A DNA stretch of 64,000 nucleotides from Bacteroidales bacterium (GTDB lineage Bacteria > Bacteroidota > Bacteroidia > Bacteroidales > DTU049). How positions within the stretch are numbered: the stretch's first letter is position 1; each line of letters opens with the position of its first letter. A program made the position numbers and the translations under genes. This document shows, one piece after another, positions 1 through 9,287 of the stretch. The notes beneath the pieces are model-generated. The model was not told where the DNA came from. It saw only the letters and a program-made list of their open reading frames with translations, and did no database searches. The stretch spans positions 3,379 to 67,378 of the forward strand of contig JAFGWG010000050.1 of assembly GCA_016937255.1 (NCBI GenBank), read 5' to 3'.

Positions 1-1
1 G

Positions 2-469
2 ATTTTCCAGGACACATTTTTAAGAAGGAACTATGATTTGGCGGCAGTTTTGGCGTATAAAGAATTTAGTAATTATTATCCTTTGATATCTAGAAGATAT
101 AGTGCCCATTATATTGATTTTGGCCTGTGTTTTTCATGGAATATGGTCAAGAAACCAAGGTGGAGCCTTGATATAACGGATGAATTTATGTTTAATGTAC
201 CATTCCTGATTACCGGTGAGGATACCGGTTCATATAGGGTTAGAAGAAATTTTTCGGTAATTCAAAATAAACTTGGTCTAGGCGCATTGTTCAATTTTAA
301 CAATACTGTTTCACTTGGGTTAAATACGAAACTTGCATATTCGAAACTTATTGATTCAGGAGGATATTCCGATCCTTTTCCCGGACATCCAGGGCAGGTA
401 CAAGTTGTGGAATTGTGGGATTGGGCTGTGGTTTTATACATTGGAAGCACTATAAGGATTAAATTTTAA
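2..469 (+). CDS. Putative outer-membrane beta-barrel protein, 5'-truncated by the window edge; paralog of 512..1159
   Basis: Frame is open from position 2 (IFQDTFLRRNYDLAAVL...). Alternating hydrophobic strands and a C-terminal YIGSTIRIKF with terminal Phe (beta-signal-like). Confidence 0.55.
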   Translation: MFQDTFLRRNYDLAAVLAYKEFSNYYPLISRRYSAHYIDFGLCFSWNMVKKPRWSLDITDEFMFNVPFLITGEDTGSYRVRRNFSVIQNKLGLGALFNFNNTVSLGLNTKLAYSKLIDSGGYSDPFPGHPGQVQVVELWDWAVVLYIGSTIRIKF

Positions 470-511
470 GGTTTAGTTATAAATAACTTAATTTGAATTT
501 GGGAACTAGTC

Positions 512-1159
512 ATGAAAGCATTACTAACAACCCTCTTGCTCACACTCACATTCCTGCTGAATTTGCAAGCTCAGATGGATACAGTGCATAAGAAAGGTTT
601 TGTTGCAGAAATATTTTATCAAATGAATCCAAATCATGTAGATGGGTTTTCTTTAAATAAAAACGCCAGCTATGTTTTTGAAACCGGTGCAAATATTAGT
701 GTTAAAAGTCACAAGGTGTTAAATCATAATGGTAATCTGTTTATTTGTGTTGCATTCAAAAAGAGTAATAGCAATTATGAGTATGTTAATGAAATCTATT
801 CGTCAAGTTACTTCAATTTTGGTATGAGGTATTCGATTTATTTTCGCTTATCCCCGTCATTTTCATTAATTTTATCTGACGAGCTAATGCTTAATTTTCA
901 AATACAGACCATGGAAAGTAATCCAGATAATGGGTATTGTATTGATGATACAGACAAGGCGTTGCAGAATAAACTTGGATTGATGTTTTTCTGGGATTTT
1001 TCAGAATTCTGTTCTATAGGTTTTGGACCCAAAATAGCTCCTTGTCTTCGTTTGTCACCCCGAAAATATGGTTCAGTTTCAAATTCAAATTATTATGTGT
1101 CAATTTTAGATGAGGGCTGGCCCTTTTATTTCGGAAGCACAATTAGAATTAGATTGTGA
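512..1159 (+). CDS. Putative outer-membrane beta-barrel protein with signal peptide
   Basis: N-terminal MKALLTTLLLTLTFLLNLQAQ signal peptide; shares QNKLGL and GSTIRI blocks with the upstream ORF. Confidence 0.6.
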   Translation: MKALLTTLLLTLTFLLNLQAQMDTVHKKGFVAEIFYQMNPNHVDGFSLNKNASYVFETGANISVKSHKVLNHNGNLFICVAFKKSNSNYEYVNEIYSSSYFNFGMRYSIYFRLSPSFSLILSDELMLNFQIQTMESNPDNGYCIDDTDKALQNKLGLMFFWDFSEFCSIGFGPKIAPCLRLSPRKYGSVSNSNYYVSILDEGWPFYFGSTIRIRL

Positions 1160-1203
1160 GTTCGGGAAGAACTAAACTTTGCAGTAGTATAGGGAAGTAT
1201 TTT

Positions 1204-2277
1204 CTACACCCCTCCCAACAACAAAAAGGCATACCCCATTCCTAAGCCAATAATCAGATTGATGAATTTGGCAAGGATAAAGCTTTTTGGAGATTCGGCT
1301 AATAAAGGCAATGCGCCATGGCCATCTTGCACTATGCTGGAAGCCAGTAATACTGCAAATGGGATATAGCCGCCAGCAAAAAGCGTTACAAAAACCATAT
1401 GAGGCCCCGATTCGGGAATCATGCCCAGCAATGCAGCAATAAGCAGCAGCATATAAGGGTTTGCCATAATCCATTCTTCAAAATTGAAAAAAGGTAAAGC
1501 AAGCTCAATGAGCAAAATGGCGCCAAATGTCCATAGAAAAATCTTTAGAAAGTGCTTCTTAATAACATGACCCCAAAGATGCTCGGTGATAAAATGATCG
1601 GGAACTTTTAATATAGCAAGTAGAGTGAGCAAGGCGAGTCCGGCAAAAATATAATTGATGATTCCCGAAATATTAATTTGAAAGTGAGGCTCAGCTTCAC
1701 CATGATCGTGTCCGTGACCATTTAAAAAGAGATTTGCCACAATAAGTATCAAACCAAAAATAAGCATGGCTCTTTGGAAACTGATATTTTTAAGATTATG
1801 GCTAATTTTGCATTCTTCCAAATCGCGGCAATGTTCTTCTTCGTGTATGACAAAATGCTTGGTGTTTTTAACCAGTTTTACGTTCTTAAAAAGAATCTGG
1901 CTTAACATTCCAAAGCCTAAGGCAGCAACAAGAAGTACAAGAGAAAGAATTAGGGTTTCTTTTGGAATTAAGGTCAGCATTAGGAATGCCTCGTCGCCGG
2001 AAGTAGCAATAAATGAAGCAATTACGGCGCCAAACCCAATAGAACCATGCGTAAAAAGCGATACCACGAAGAATGTACCCATACATCCTGGAATAAGACC
2101 GAGTAATGTGCCAAATATTACCTGCCCAAAGCTGCTTTTATTAATCTTTTGTATCCAGTTTCCTCTTGACCTAATATTGAGATATTCTATCAGCAACATC
2201 ATTACGAGAATGATGCCGGTAAGGGTAAGAGCTGTGTGCAAAAGACTGATTCCGGTATGAAAAAATTCTTGTGTCAT
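1204..2277 (-). CDS. Putative metal/metalloid permease (putative manganese transporter / ArsP_2-like family)
   Basis: Multi-TM protein with motifs IPGCMG, ATSGDEAF, IPESGPH and IVQDGHG, plus His-rich loops (HFVIHEEEH, GHGHDHG). Confidence 0.75.
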   Translation of the reverse strand: MTQEFFHTGISLLHTALTLTGIILVMMLLIEYLNIRSRGNWIQKINKSSFGQVIFGTLLGLIPGCMGTFFVVSLFTHGSIGFGAVIASFIATSGDEAFLMLTLIPKETLILSLVLLVAALGFGMLSQILFKNVKLVKNTKHFVIHEEEHCRDLEECKISHNLKNISFQRAMLIFGLILIVANLFLNGHGHDHGEAEPHFQINISGIINYIFAGLALLTLLAILKVPDHFITEHLWGHVIKKHFLKIFLWTFGAILLIELALPFFNFEEWIMANPYMLLLIAALLGMIPESGPHMVFVTLFAGGYIPFAVLLASSIVQDGHGALPLLAESPKSFILAKFINLIIGLGMGYAFLLLGGV

Positions 2278-2296
2278 ACAAATATATAATCCTATG

Positions 2297-2304
2297 CAAA
2301 GGTA
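2297..2304 (-). promoter_or_regulatory. Bacteroidota sigma-A -7 element (TACCTTTG) for the permease
   Basis: Matches TAnnTTTG about 20 nt upstream of the ATG at 2277. Confidence 0.6.
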
Positions 2305-2415
2305 GTATATTTTGAAATGATTACGGACTGATATAGATCATTCCGACTTGTGATTTTACACAATAGGTGGTTCATTATATTCATTGTGCTTTTTGAGTTT
2401 AATGTTAAAAAATCG

Positions 2416-2423
2416 TATATTTG
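2416..2423 (+). promoter_or_regulatory. Bacteroidota sigma-A -7 element (TATATTTG)
   Basis: TAnnTTTG about 28 nt upstream of the ATG at 2452; supports 2452 rather than 2350 as the start. Confidence 0.6.
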
Positions 2424-2451
2424 TAGTGAAACTATTAATATTAAAGCCATT

Positions 2452-3993
2452 ATGATGAAAATATTTTCTTTAATTGCTATTCTTTTTGTTTCGAATACTC
2501 TCTTTGCACAGATTGAATGGTCGAAAAACTTTGGTGGAGATAATCTGGATTTTCCAACTATTGTTATAGAGCGCGGGCCTAACGATTACGTGCTTTTGGG
2601 TCAAACCAAATCCACCACCGATGATATCAGTGTGAATTATGGTGATTTCGATGCTTGTATCTCTTCATTTGATAATAATGGGATTCTTACTGATACTTTT
2701 AGAATTCTCGACGGTTTAGGGCAGGATATGATTGCCGATGCATTATTGATTAACGATAGCACCATTTATTTTGTGGTGAATTCCATTAGCCACAATGCAC
2801 CGGAATATTTCACTAGTCTTGGAGGAAATAATGTGTGGATAAAGTCGCTTTACAGCTCAGGAACCATGGTTTCAGGATTGGCAGTGGGTGCTGGAAATAC
2901 CGATTGGGCGTATGATTTCAAGGCATTAACCAATGGGTACATTATTGTAGGGCTCACTCTAAGTACCGATTCTATTTTTAGTGGTCCTTCTTCCAATAGC
3001 GATGCTTTTATAATGCGTTTCAATTCTTCTATGAATTTGGCTTGGGCTTATCGATATGGAAATAATGATATGGAGGAATTTCGTGAAGCAAGTATTTTGA
3101 GTGATAATAGTATTTTTCTCACCGGTCAAAAGAAAGGCGTAGCAGATATTAGGAAAGATCTTTGGTTTGTAAAATGTAACTCAGTAGGCGATACCATAGA
3201 AACGTATCATCTTGAAACCAGCGATGGATGCCAAGTGTTTAATGTCGATTTCAGAAACGACTCAAATCTTTATGTATCAGGATTTACAGAAACTACGGAT
3301 GGAATATTTGCTTCAAATGCAGATTCAAGTGCAGCCATTGTTTTACATTACGATCCGTTAAATATGCAATTGGAGGGTTTTAGGTTTTATGGTGGAAATG
3401 GGATCGATTATGGCCTCGATTTTATGGCATGGAACGATAGTATAAATCTTTTACTGATGTGTTCTGAGTCAAATGATGGAAATTTTTCTCAGAATTTCGG
3501 ACAATATGATCTTTTTCTTATTGCTTTAGATCAAAGCTGGAATGTTGTTGGATATGATAATCTTGGTGGATCGAATATTGATGGAATCCCCTACGAAGGC
3601 GAAATAAGCATGTTAAAAACTGCAGATGGGAAATTGATGATTGCAGCTTCATCAAGCTCATCAGATGGGGATTTGCCGGGGAATTATGGCTCTTACGATA
3701 CATGGGTTATAAAATACAACCCTGCCATTTTGCTTTCGGTAGAAGACCGCGCCCAATTGCCTCAGTTTTCTATTTATCCAAATCCTGTAAGCGATGAGAT
3801 CAATATTGTAAATCCTGCGAATGATGATGCTCAAGTCAGAATTTACAGCATCGATGGCCGTTCATGCTTTGGAGAATATCAAATTTCAGGCTTAATTAAT
3901 CATATTTCTGTATCACATCTTACCTCTGGCGTTTATCTTGTAGAGCTTCAGAACGAAAAAGGTAGATCCAGCCAGAAAATAATTGTGGAGTAA
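2452..3993 (+). CDS. T9SS type-A sorting domain protein, beta-propeller-like repeats
   Basis: Signal peptide MMKIFSL...LFAQ; repeated W..xxGG..D blades; C-terminal IYPNP...GVYLVEL...KIIVE. Confidence 0.8.
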   Translation: MMKIFSLIAILFVSNTLFAQIEWSKNFGGDNLDFPTIVIERGPNDYVLLGQTKSTTDDISVNYGDFDACISSFDNNGILTDTFRILDGLGQDMIADALLINDSTIYFVVNSISHNAPEYFTSLGGNNVWIKSLYSSGTMVSGLAVGAGNTDWAYDFKALTNGYIIVGLTLSTDSIFSGPSSNSDAFIMRFNSSMNLAWAYRYGNNDMEEFREASILSDNSIFLTGQKKGVADIRKDLWFVKCNSVGDTIETYHLETSDGCQVFNVDFRNDSNLYVSGFTETTDGIFASNADSSAAIVLHYDPLNMQLEGFRFYGGNGIDYGLDFMAWNDSINLLLMCSESNDGNFSQNFGQYDLFLIALDQSWNVVGYDNLGGSNIDGIPYEGEISMLKTADGKLMIAASSSSSDGDLPGNYGSYDTWVIKYNPAILLSVEDRAQLPQFSIYPNPVSDEINIVNPANDDAQVRIYSIDGRSCFGEYQISGLINHISVSHLTSGVYLVELQNEKGRSSQKIIVE

Positions 3994-4012
3994 AATCCGT
4001 TTATGTGAATAT

Positions 4013-5488
4013 ATGTTTTCGATGAGATTTTTGTTTTTCTTCATACTGGCTTTTTTCTTGTTTTCTTCAATGCTATTGGCACAGGAAGAAAATAATCCGG
4101 CTTTATCACCAACGCAGCTACGGCAGGATGCTCAATACCTTGAAGATCTGATTTTTGATGCACATATTGCATTAAGTGTTGTTTGTGATACCAATGATTT
4201 GCGTTCTGATTTTGCAGATTTGAAAAATCACCTTACTGATTCTATGCAGGCTTCAGAGTTTTATACGCTGTTGGCACCAATTTTTTATCAGATTAAGGAT
4301 GTGCACTGTGCTCTGAATCTTCCTTTGGGCAGCAATGACTATTATTTGCAAGGGAATTTGTATCTGCCTCTCGATCTTAGTTTTCAGGATACAGCCATGT
4401 ATGTAATTGAGGACTATTTCGAAGAATTGCCTCCTGGTGTTAGAGTTTTATCCATTAATGATTTTTCGTCCGATACCATAATGAAAGTTATAAAATCGGT
4501 TTCACCTTCAGATGGAGAAAATGATCATACTCGCGAATTGCTGGCATCGTTGTTTTTTTCCAATTTTTTCCCATTGTTTTTTCATGTCGATAGTGTGAAT
4601 TCAATTGAATATTTCGATGGAAATGATACACTAAAAGTGGAGATTGAAGGGCTGAATCGTCGCCAATATGTTAATAATCAGTGGTTTTTGAATCGGTATG
4701 ATGAGGAGTCTGGTTTGTTTCGCTATGGATATTCAGAAACACTTCAAACGGCTTATATGCGGGTAGCATCTTTTATGGGTGGATCTATTGGAGAATATGA
4801 TCGATTTTTGCGCAATGCTTTTGCAGAGATTCATTCAAGAAATCCCGATTGCCTTATTTTGGATTTGCGCAGTAATCCGGGTGGATATTCCAATCGCGGG
4901 CGCTTACTTACTCGTTATCTTATGCCTGAGCCTTATGAGTATGTGAAGACTATTGTATCGAAATCTTCTGATATGGTAAGAAATGAAATGATTCGTGAGT
5001 CTGCATTTCAGATCGAAATTATGAAGTTTATTTATTTGGCCTTCAGTATTAAACCCCTGAAAACAATGTGGAATATGCCAGGAGGCTATATGGATACTAC
5101 TGCACAAAAAATGGTTCAGCCGGTGCGACCGGGGTTAAGATACGATGATAATCTTCTTGTAGTGATGATTAATGGACTTAGTGCATCTACTTCTGGCTTG
5201 GTTATCAATACTTTGAGTAAGAGACCCAATACGATTTTTATTGGTCAGCCTGCTGCTTGCACCATTGATGGAACTTTTGGACAGCCCATAGGTTTTCAAT
5301 TGCCTAATTCGGGAATTATTGGACAAATGAGTGTTTTGCGGTTTAATCAAACCAGTGGAATGCCAACCATGCAAGTTATTATGCCCGATATTGAAGTGAA
5401 ACCCGATATAGAGCTAAAGCTTGATGGAATTGATTCTCAGTTGCAGTTTGTTATCGATCTAGTCAAATCTAAAAAAGCAGCTCAATGA
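4013..5488 (+). CDS. S41 family peptidase
   Basis: Signal peptide; DLRSNPGG and SASTSG motifs, IFIGQP, and LPNSG...PDIEV tail. Start may instead be 4022. Confidence 0.8.
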   Translation: MFSMRFLFFFILAFFLFSSMLLAQEENNPALSPTQLRQDAQYLEDLIFDAHIALSVVCDTNDLRSDFADLKNHLTDSMQASEFYTLLAPIFYQIKDVHCALNLPLGSNDYYLQGNLYLPLDLSFQDTAMYVIEDYFEELPPGVRVLSINDFSSDTIMKVIKSVSPSDGENDHTRELLASLFFSNFFPLFFHVDSVNSIEYFDGNDTLKVEIEGLNRRQYVNNQWFLNRYDEESGLFRYGYSETLQTAYMRVASFMGGSIGEYDRFLRNAFAEIHSRNPDCLILDLRSNPGGYSNRGRLLTRYLMPEPYEYVKTIVSKSSDMVRNEMIRESAFQIEIMKFIYLAFSIKPLKTMWNMPGGYMDTTAQKMVQPVRPGLRYDDNLLVVMINGLSASTSGLVINTLSKRPNTIFIGQPAACTIDGTFGQPIGFQLPNSGIIGQMSVLRFNQTSGMPTMQVIMPDIEVKPDIELKLDGIDSQLQFVIDLVKSKKAAQ

Positions 5489-6921
5489 GAAAATATTTCT
5501 TTGTTTTAATACTATTATTGTCGGTTTTTACTCAGGCTCAAAATGCAGCTCTGAATGCCGCGGTTCAGGAATTAAAAAATGATCCTTTAATGCCACAAAA
5601 CTCATGGGGATTAATGGTTATAAATTGTCTTACAGGAGAAGTTCTTGCACAGCATAATCCCGATTCGATGCTCATTCCCGCTTCAGTAACAAAAATGTTT
5701 TCTACGGCTCTGGCTTTGGAAACTTTGGGTGATACTTTTCACTTCAGAACCGGAGTTTTTTGTTCAGGAATAATCAGCAACGGCAATCTGAATGGCGATT
5801 TATGGATTGAGGGTGGGGCAGATCCCACTATCGGAATGGATTTTTGGGGAAAACTGAAATTTGTGGATGCGCTATATGCTGAGCTTCAAAAAAATGGTAT
5901 CGATACTATTCGTGGTGATTTTATCGGCCAAGCCACTTTTTTCGATTCTATTATAATCCCTTCAACTTATCCTGAAGACGATTATGGAAATTATTATGGA
6001 GCAGGAACTTCTGCCTTAATTTGGGACGGAAATCGTGTAGAACTTGATTTTTCAACGCCTTATGGCGTGGATCAAGCAACTACATTGAGTTCGTTTTTTC
6101 CTCCTTTTCCACTATTGGAAATTGAAAATAAAACGAAATCTGGGCGACAGGGAACTGGTGATAATAGCATTGCTTGGGGTGGCCCTTTTGACTATAATAG
6201 AATGATAGATGGAACTTTGAGCCCGGGAAAATCAAGTTTTAAAGTTTATGCATCATCTCCAGATCCTGCTTTGGGCTTTGTTTTAGCAGTTCGCTATTAT
6301 TTGGAAGAAAAAGGAATGGTGTTTTTGGGAGATTGTAAGTCAAGTTACTCAAAGCCTATTTCCGAAAATTCAAAGAAAATATTGACATGGGAGTCTCCAA
6401 TGCTTTTAGATATTGTGGCTTTTACCAATACCAATAGTCATAATGTTACTGCTGAGACTCTTTTTAAAATGTCGGCAAAAGAAATATATTCGGTTACGTC
6501 TTACGATCATGGCCTTATTGCCTTAGATTCATTTTTGGTTAGAACAGTTGGCGATACATTGAAATACCATTTTTCAGATGGTTGTGGTTTATCGAAAACC
6601 AATAGAATTTCTACCGCATTTGTGGTTCGCTTTTTACAACAGATAAGATATAAAGATTGGTTTGAAGGTTATTATGTTTCTTTACCAATTGCTGGCAAAA
6701 CAGGAACCCTAAAATCGATGTTTCAAGGCTCAACTGCATACGGAAAGCTCAGGGCTAAAAGTGGATATATGAAAACCGTTAGAGCGTATAGCGGATATGT
6801 AGAAAATAAAAACCGCGAGCCCATTGCTTTTTCTGTGATTGTAAATTACTATAAAGGCAATGGTTATGCGTTGAAGAAAAAGCTTGAAAAGCTTATGATT
6901 GCTATTTCTGAATCGGAGTAG
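5485..6921 (+). CDS. dacB: D-alanyl-D-alanine carboxypeptidase/endopeptidase (PBP4, peptidase S13)
   Basis: PASVTK (SxxK), SHN (SxN), AKSG (KTG-like), GGADP and DGCGLS motifs; 4-nt ATGA overlap with the upstream gene. Confidence 0.92.
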   Translation: MRKYFFVLILLLSVFTQAQNAALNAAVQELKNDPLMPQNSWGLMVINCLTGEVLAQHNPDSMLIPASVTKMFSTALALETLGDTFHFRTGVFCSGIISNGNLNGDLWIEGGADPTIGMDFWGKLKFVDALYAELQKNGIDTIRGDFIGQATFFDSIIIPSTYPEDDYGNYYGAGTSALIWDGNRVELDFSTPYGVDQATTLSSFFPPFPLLEIENKTKSGRQGTGDNSIAWGGPFDYNRMIDGTLSPGKSSFKVYASSPDPALGFVLAVRYYLEEKGMVFLGDCKSSYSKPISENSKKILTWESPMLLDIVAFTNTNSHNVTAETLFKMSAKEIYSVTSYDHGLIALDSFLVRTVGDTLKYHFSDGCGLSKTNRISTAFVVRFLQQIRYKDWFEGYYVSLPIAGKTGTLKSMFQGSTAYGKLRAKSGYMKTVRAYSGYVENKNREPIAFSVIVNYYKGNGYALKKKLEKLMIAISESE

Positions 6922-7030
6922 TTATTATCAAATTTCGCCGTTGCAGTTTTTCGTATAAATCTTCTCTCAATATTTGTAAAATACAGTTCAGTTGTATATC
7001 TTAGCAACCTGAATCAAACGTTACACAACT

Positions 7031-8050
7031 ATGAATAATATTGACTGGGGGAATTTGCCTTTTGGCTATCAGAAAACTTTGAAAAATGTTCGCTGCTATT
7101 TTAAAAATGGCGAGTGGAGTCAGCCCGAGCTAAGCGAATCGGAGCATTTGAATGTACATATTGCCGCCACTGGATTGCATTATGGTCAGCAAGCATTTGA
7201 AGGCATGAAAGCCTATCGTGGAAAAGATGGTGATGTGCGTTTATTCCGCTGGGATGAAAATGCAAAAAGATTGCAGAAAAGTGCAAAGGGAATTTATATG
7301 CAAGAAGTTCCAAGTGATTTATTTATTGAGGCTGTGAAGCTTGCTGTAAAAGAAAATATAGAGTTTTTACCTCCTTATGGAACCGGAGCGTCATTATATA
7401 TTAGACCTCTTTTATTTGGTAGCGGTGCCGAGGTGGGCGTAAAACCTGCCAAAGAATACACTTTCATTGTTTTTGTTTCTCCGGTTGGTCCTTATTTCAA
7501 AGAAGGATTTAATCCTGTAAAAATTGCTGTGGTTCGCGATAGCGACCGTGCGGCTCCTCTTGGAACCGGTGCAATTAAAGTGGGTGGTAATTATGCTGCC
7601 AGTTTACGTGGAGTAATGCAAGCTCACGATCATGGCTGTGGTTCACCTATGTACCTCGATGCTAAAGAGAAAAGGTATATCGATGAGATTGGTGCTGCCA
7701 ATTTCTTTGGAATTAAGAATAATACCTATATCACGCCTTCAAGCTCTTCTGTTCTTCCATCTATCACAAATAAAAGTCTGCAGGTTCTAGCAAAAGACCT
7801 TGGATTAACTGTAGATGTGCGTCCGGTGGATATTGCCGAACTCGATAGTTTTGAAGAAGTTGGCGCTTGTGGTACTGCCGCCATTATTGCTCCTATTGGC
7901 GAAATTTTAGATCTTGATAATGATCGCAAATACAATTTCTGTCCTGAAGGAAAAGCAGGTGCATGGAGCACAAAGCTTTACAATAAATTACTTGGTATTC
8001 AATACGGCGACGAGCCCGATACACATGGGTGGATTACTGTGATTGGATAA
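7031..8050 (+). CDS. ilvE: Branched-chain amino acid aminotransferase
   Basis: LHYGQQAFEGMKAY, LYIRP, KVGGNYAAS (PLP Lys), LPSIT and CGTAA motifs. Confidence 0.95.
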   Translation: MNNIDWGNLPFGYQKTLKNVRCYFKNGEWSQPELSESEHLNVHIAATGLHYGQQAFEGMKAYRGKDGDVRLFRWDENAKRLQKSAKGIYMQEVPSDLFIEAVKLAVKENIEFLPPYGTGASLYIRPLLFGSGAEVGVKPAKEYTFIVFVSPVGPYFKEGFNPVKIAVVRDSDRAAPLGTGAIKVGGNYAASLRGVMQAHDHGCGSPMYLDAKEKRYIDEIGAANFFGIKNNTYITPSSSSVLPSITNKSLQVLAKDLGLTVDVRPVDIAELDSFEEVGACGTAAIIAPIGEILDLDNDRKYNFCPEGKAGAWSTKLYNKLLGIQYGDEPDTHGWITVIG

Positions 8051-8088
8051 TTGTTAAGGCGACATTGTCGACAAAACACTATTAACAG

Positions 8089-8118
8089 ACCGGATTTGAA
8101 AAGATCCGGTTTTTTTTT
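8089..8118 (+). terminator. Rho-independent terminator after ilvE
   Basis: Stem ACCGGAT / ATCCGGT followed by a run of T. Confidence 0.85.
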
Positions 8119-8164
8119 GCATTTCTATTGACTGAATTGCTATTTTTACATAGAATTTTCAATC

Positions 8165-8452
8165 ATGAAAAAAGCGTTAAAAATCCTTAGAAACAAGTAT
8201 TTTCTTTCCACCGCATTCTTTTTGGTATGGATTAGTTTTTTTGATGGAAATAATCTAATTCATCAAAGCAGGCTCAAGTCTGAACTAAATAAAGTAAAGA
8301 AAGAGAGAAAGTTCTATATGGATGAAATTGAACGCGATACGAAAACCTATATTGATATTCAGGAGAATATTGAAGATCTTGAGAAATATGGCAGGGAGAA
8401 ATATCTGATGAAAAAAGACAATGAAGATATTTTTTTGATTGTTTATGAGTAA
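8165..8452 (+). CDS. Septum formation initiator (FtsB/DivIC family)
   Basis: RNKY + TM + FFD, coiled coil, then LEKYGREKYLMKKDNEDIF. Confidence 0.85.
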   Translation: MKKALKILRNKYFLSTAFFLVWISFFDGNNLIHQSRLKSELNKVKKERKFYMDEIERDTKTYIDIQENIEDLEKYGREKYLMKKDNEDIFLIVYE

Positions 8453-8455
8453 AAC

Positions 8456-9130
8456 CTAAACCACATCAATCATATCACTCAGCTGATTAAATTTCATTTC
8501 ATAATCGTGCATAGCGAGTTTAATAACTTCACGGGCTTCTTCGTGTCCGTAAATATGTGATATCTCGGCGTTGCGAGGTTCTCCGGGCATGTCTTTATAC
8601 GTTAGAAAATAGTGACGTAAGCGGTCAATAATCAGTTTTGGCAATTCGCTAATGTCCTTAAAATTACCATACGTAGCATCGTCGAGTAAAACGGCAATAA
8701 TTTTATCGTCGGCATCGCTTCTATCAATCATTCTAAATCCACCAATGGGAATGGCATGAGCTAGAATATTACCATGAAAAATGTTTTTCTCGGTAAGCAC
8801 ACAAATGTCAATAGGGTCGCCATCGCCTTTAATATTTTCTTTTCCTATTTTTTCACCACAGAATTTTCCAATTGAATCACCGCAATAGGTTTGTGGCAAA
8901 AAGCCATATAAAGCAGGAATTACATTCGAATACTTTTGTGGGCGGTCGATGGTAAGGTACCCACTTCTTTTATCTACTTCATATTTTACAGTGTCAGTAG
9001 GTACAACTTCAATAAATGCAGTAACAAGATCTGGAGCGTTATCACCTATATCAATTCCATGCCATGGATGTGATTTATAGCGCAATCCCATCATTCGGCC
9101 AATTGGATCCATTAAGATGTTTGAGGACAT
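8456..9130 (-). CDS. ppa: Inorganic pyrophosphatase (family I)
   Basis: HPWHG, KYEVDK, DRP, YGFLPQT, DGDPIDICVL, DDKIIAV and HYFLTYK motifs. Confidence 0.95.
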   Translation of the reverse strand: MSSNILMDPIGRMMGLRYKSHPWHGIDIGDNAPDLVTAFIEVVPTDTVKYEVDKRSGYLTIDRPQKYSNVIPALYGFLPQTYCGDSIGKFCGEKIGKENIKGDGDPIDICVLTEKNIFHGNILAHAIPIGGFRMIDRSDADDKIIAVLLDDATYGNFKDISELPKLIIDRLRHYFLTYKDMPGEPRNAEISHIYGHEEAREVIKLAMHDYEMKFNQLSDMIDVV

Positions 9131-9142
9131 AATTTTTATTTA

Positions 9143-9150
9143 CAAAGGTA
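9143..9150 (-). promoter_or_regulatory. Sigma-A -7 element (TACCTTTG) for ppa
   Basis: TAnnTTTG 12 nt upstream of the ppa ATG. Confidence 0.6.
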
Positions 9151-9287
9151 CACTTTTATTGATTAATTTGCTTCAAATTGCTGAGAATATAGAGATTTTT
9201 GTATGCGTTACTTCTTGAATATTAGATTATTCGAGAAATATATTTGAAGTATTAGCACACAAGCTTCTACAAAAACTTTGCTAATGT

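Noticed and set aside
2350-2451. Extended starts in the ORF track (also 3983, 38373, 46807, 46989, 50628, 51390, 62141)
   Set aside because: Downstream ATGs give proper signal peptides or domain starts and, in several cases, fit the -7 boxes.
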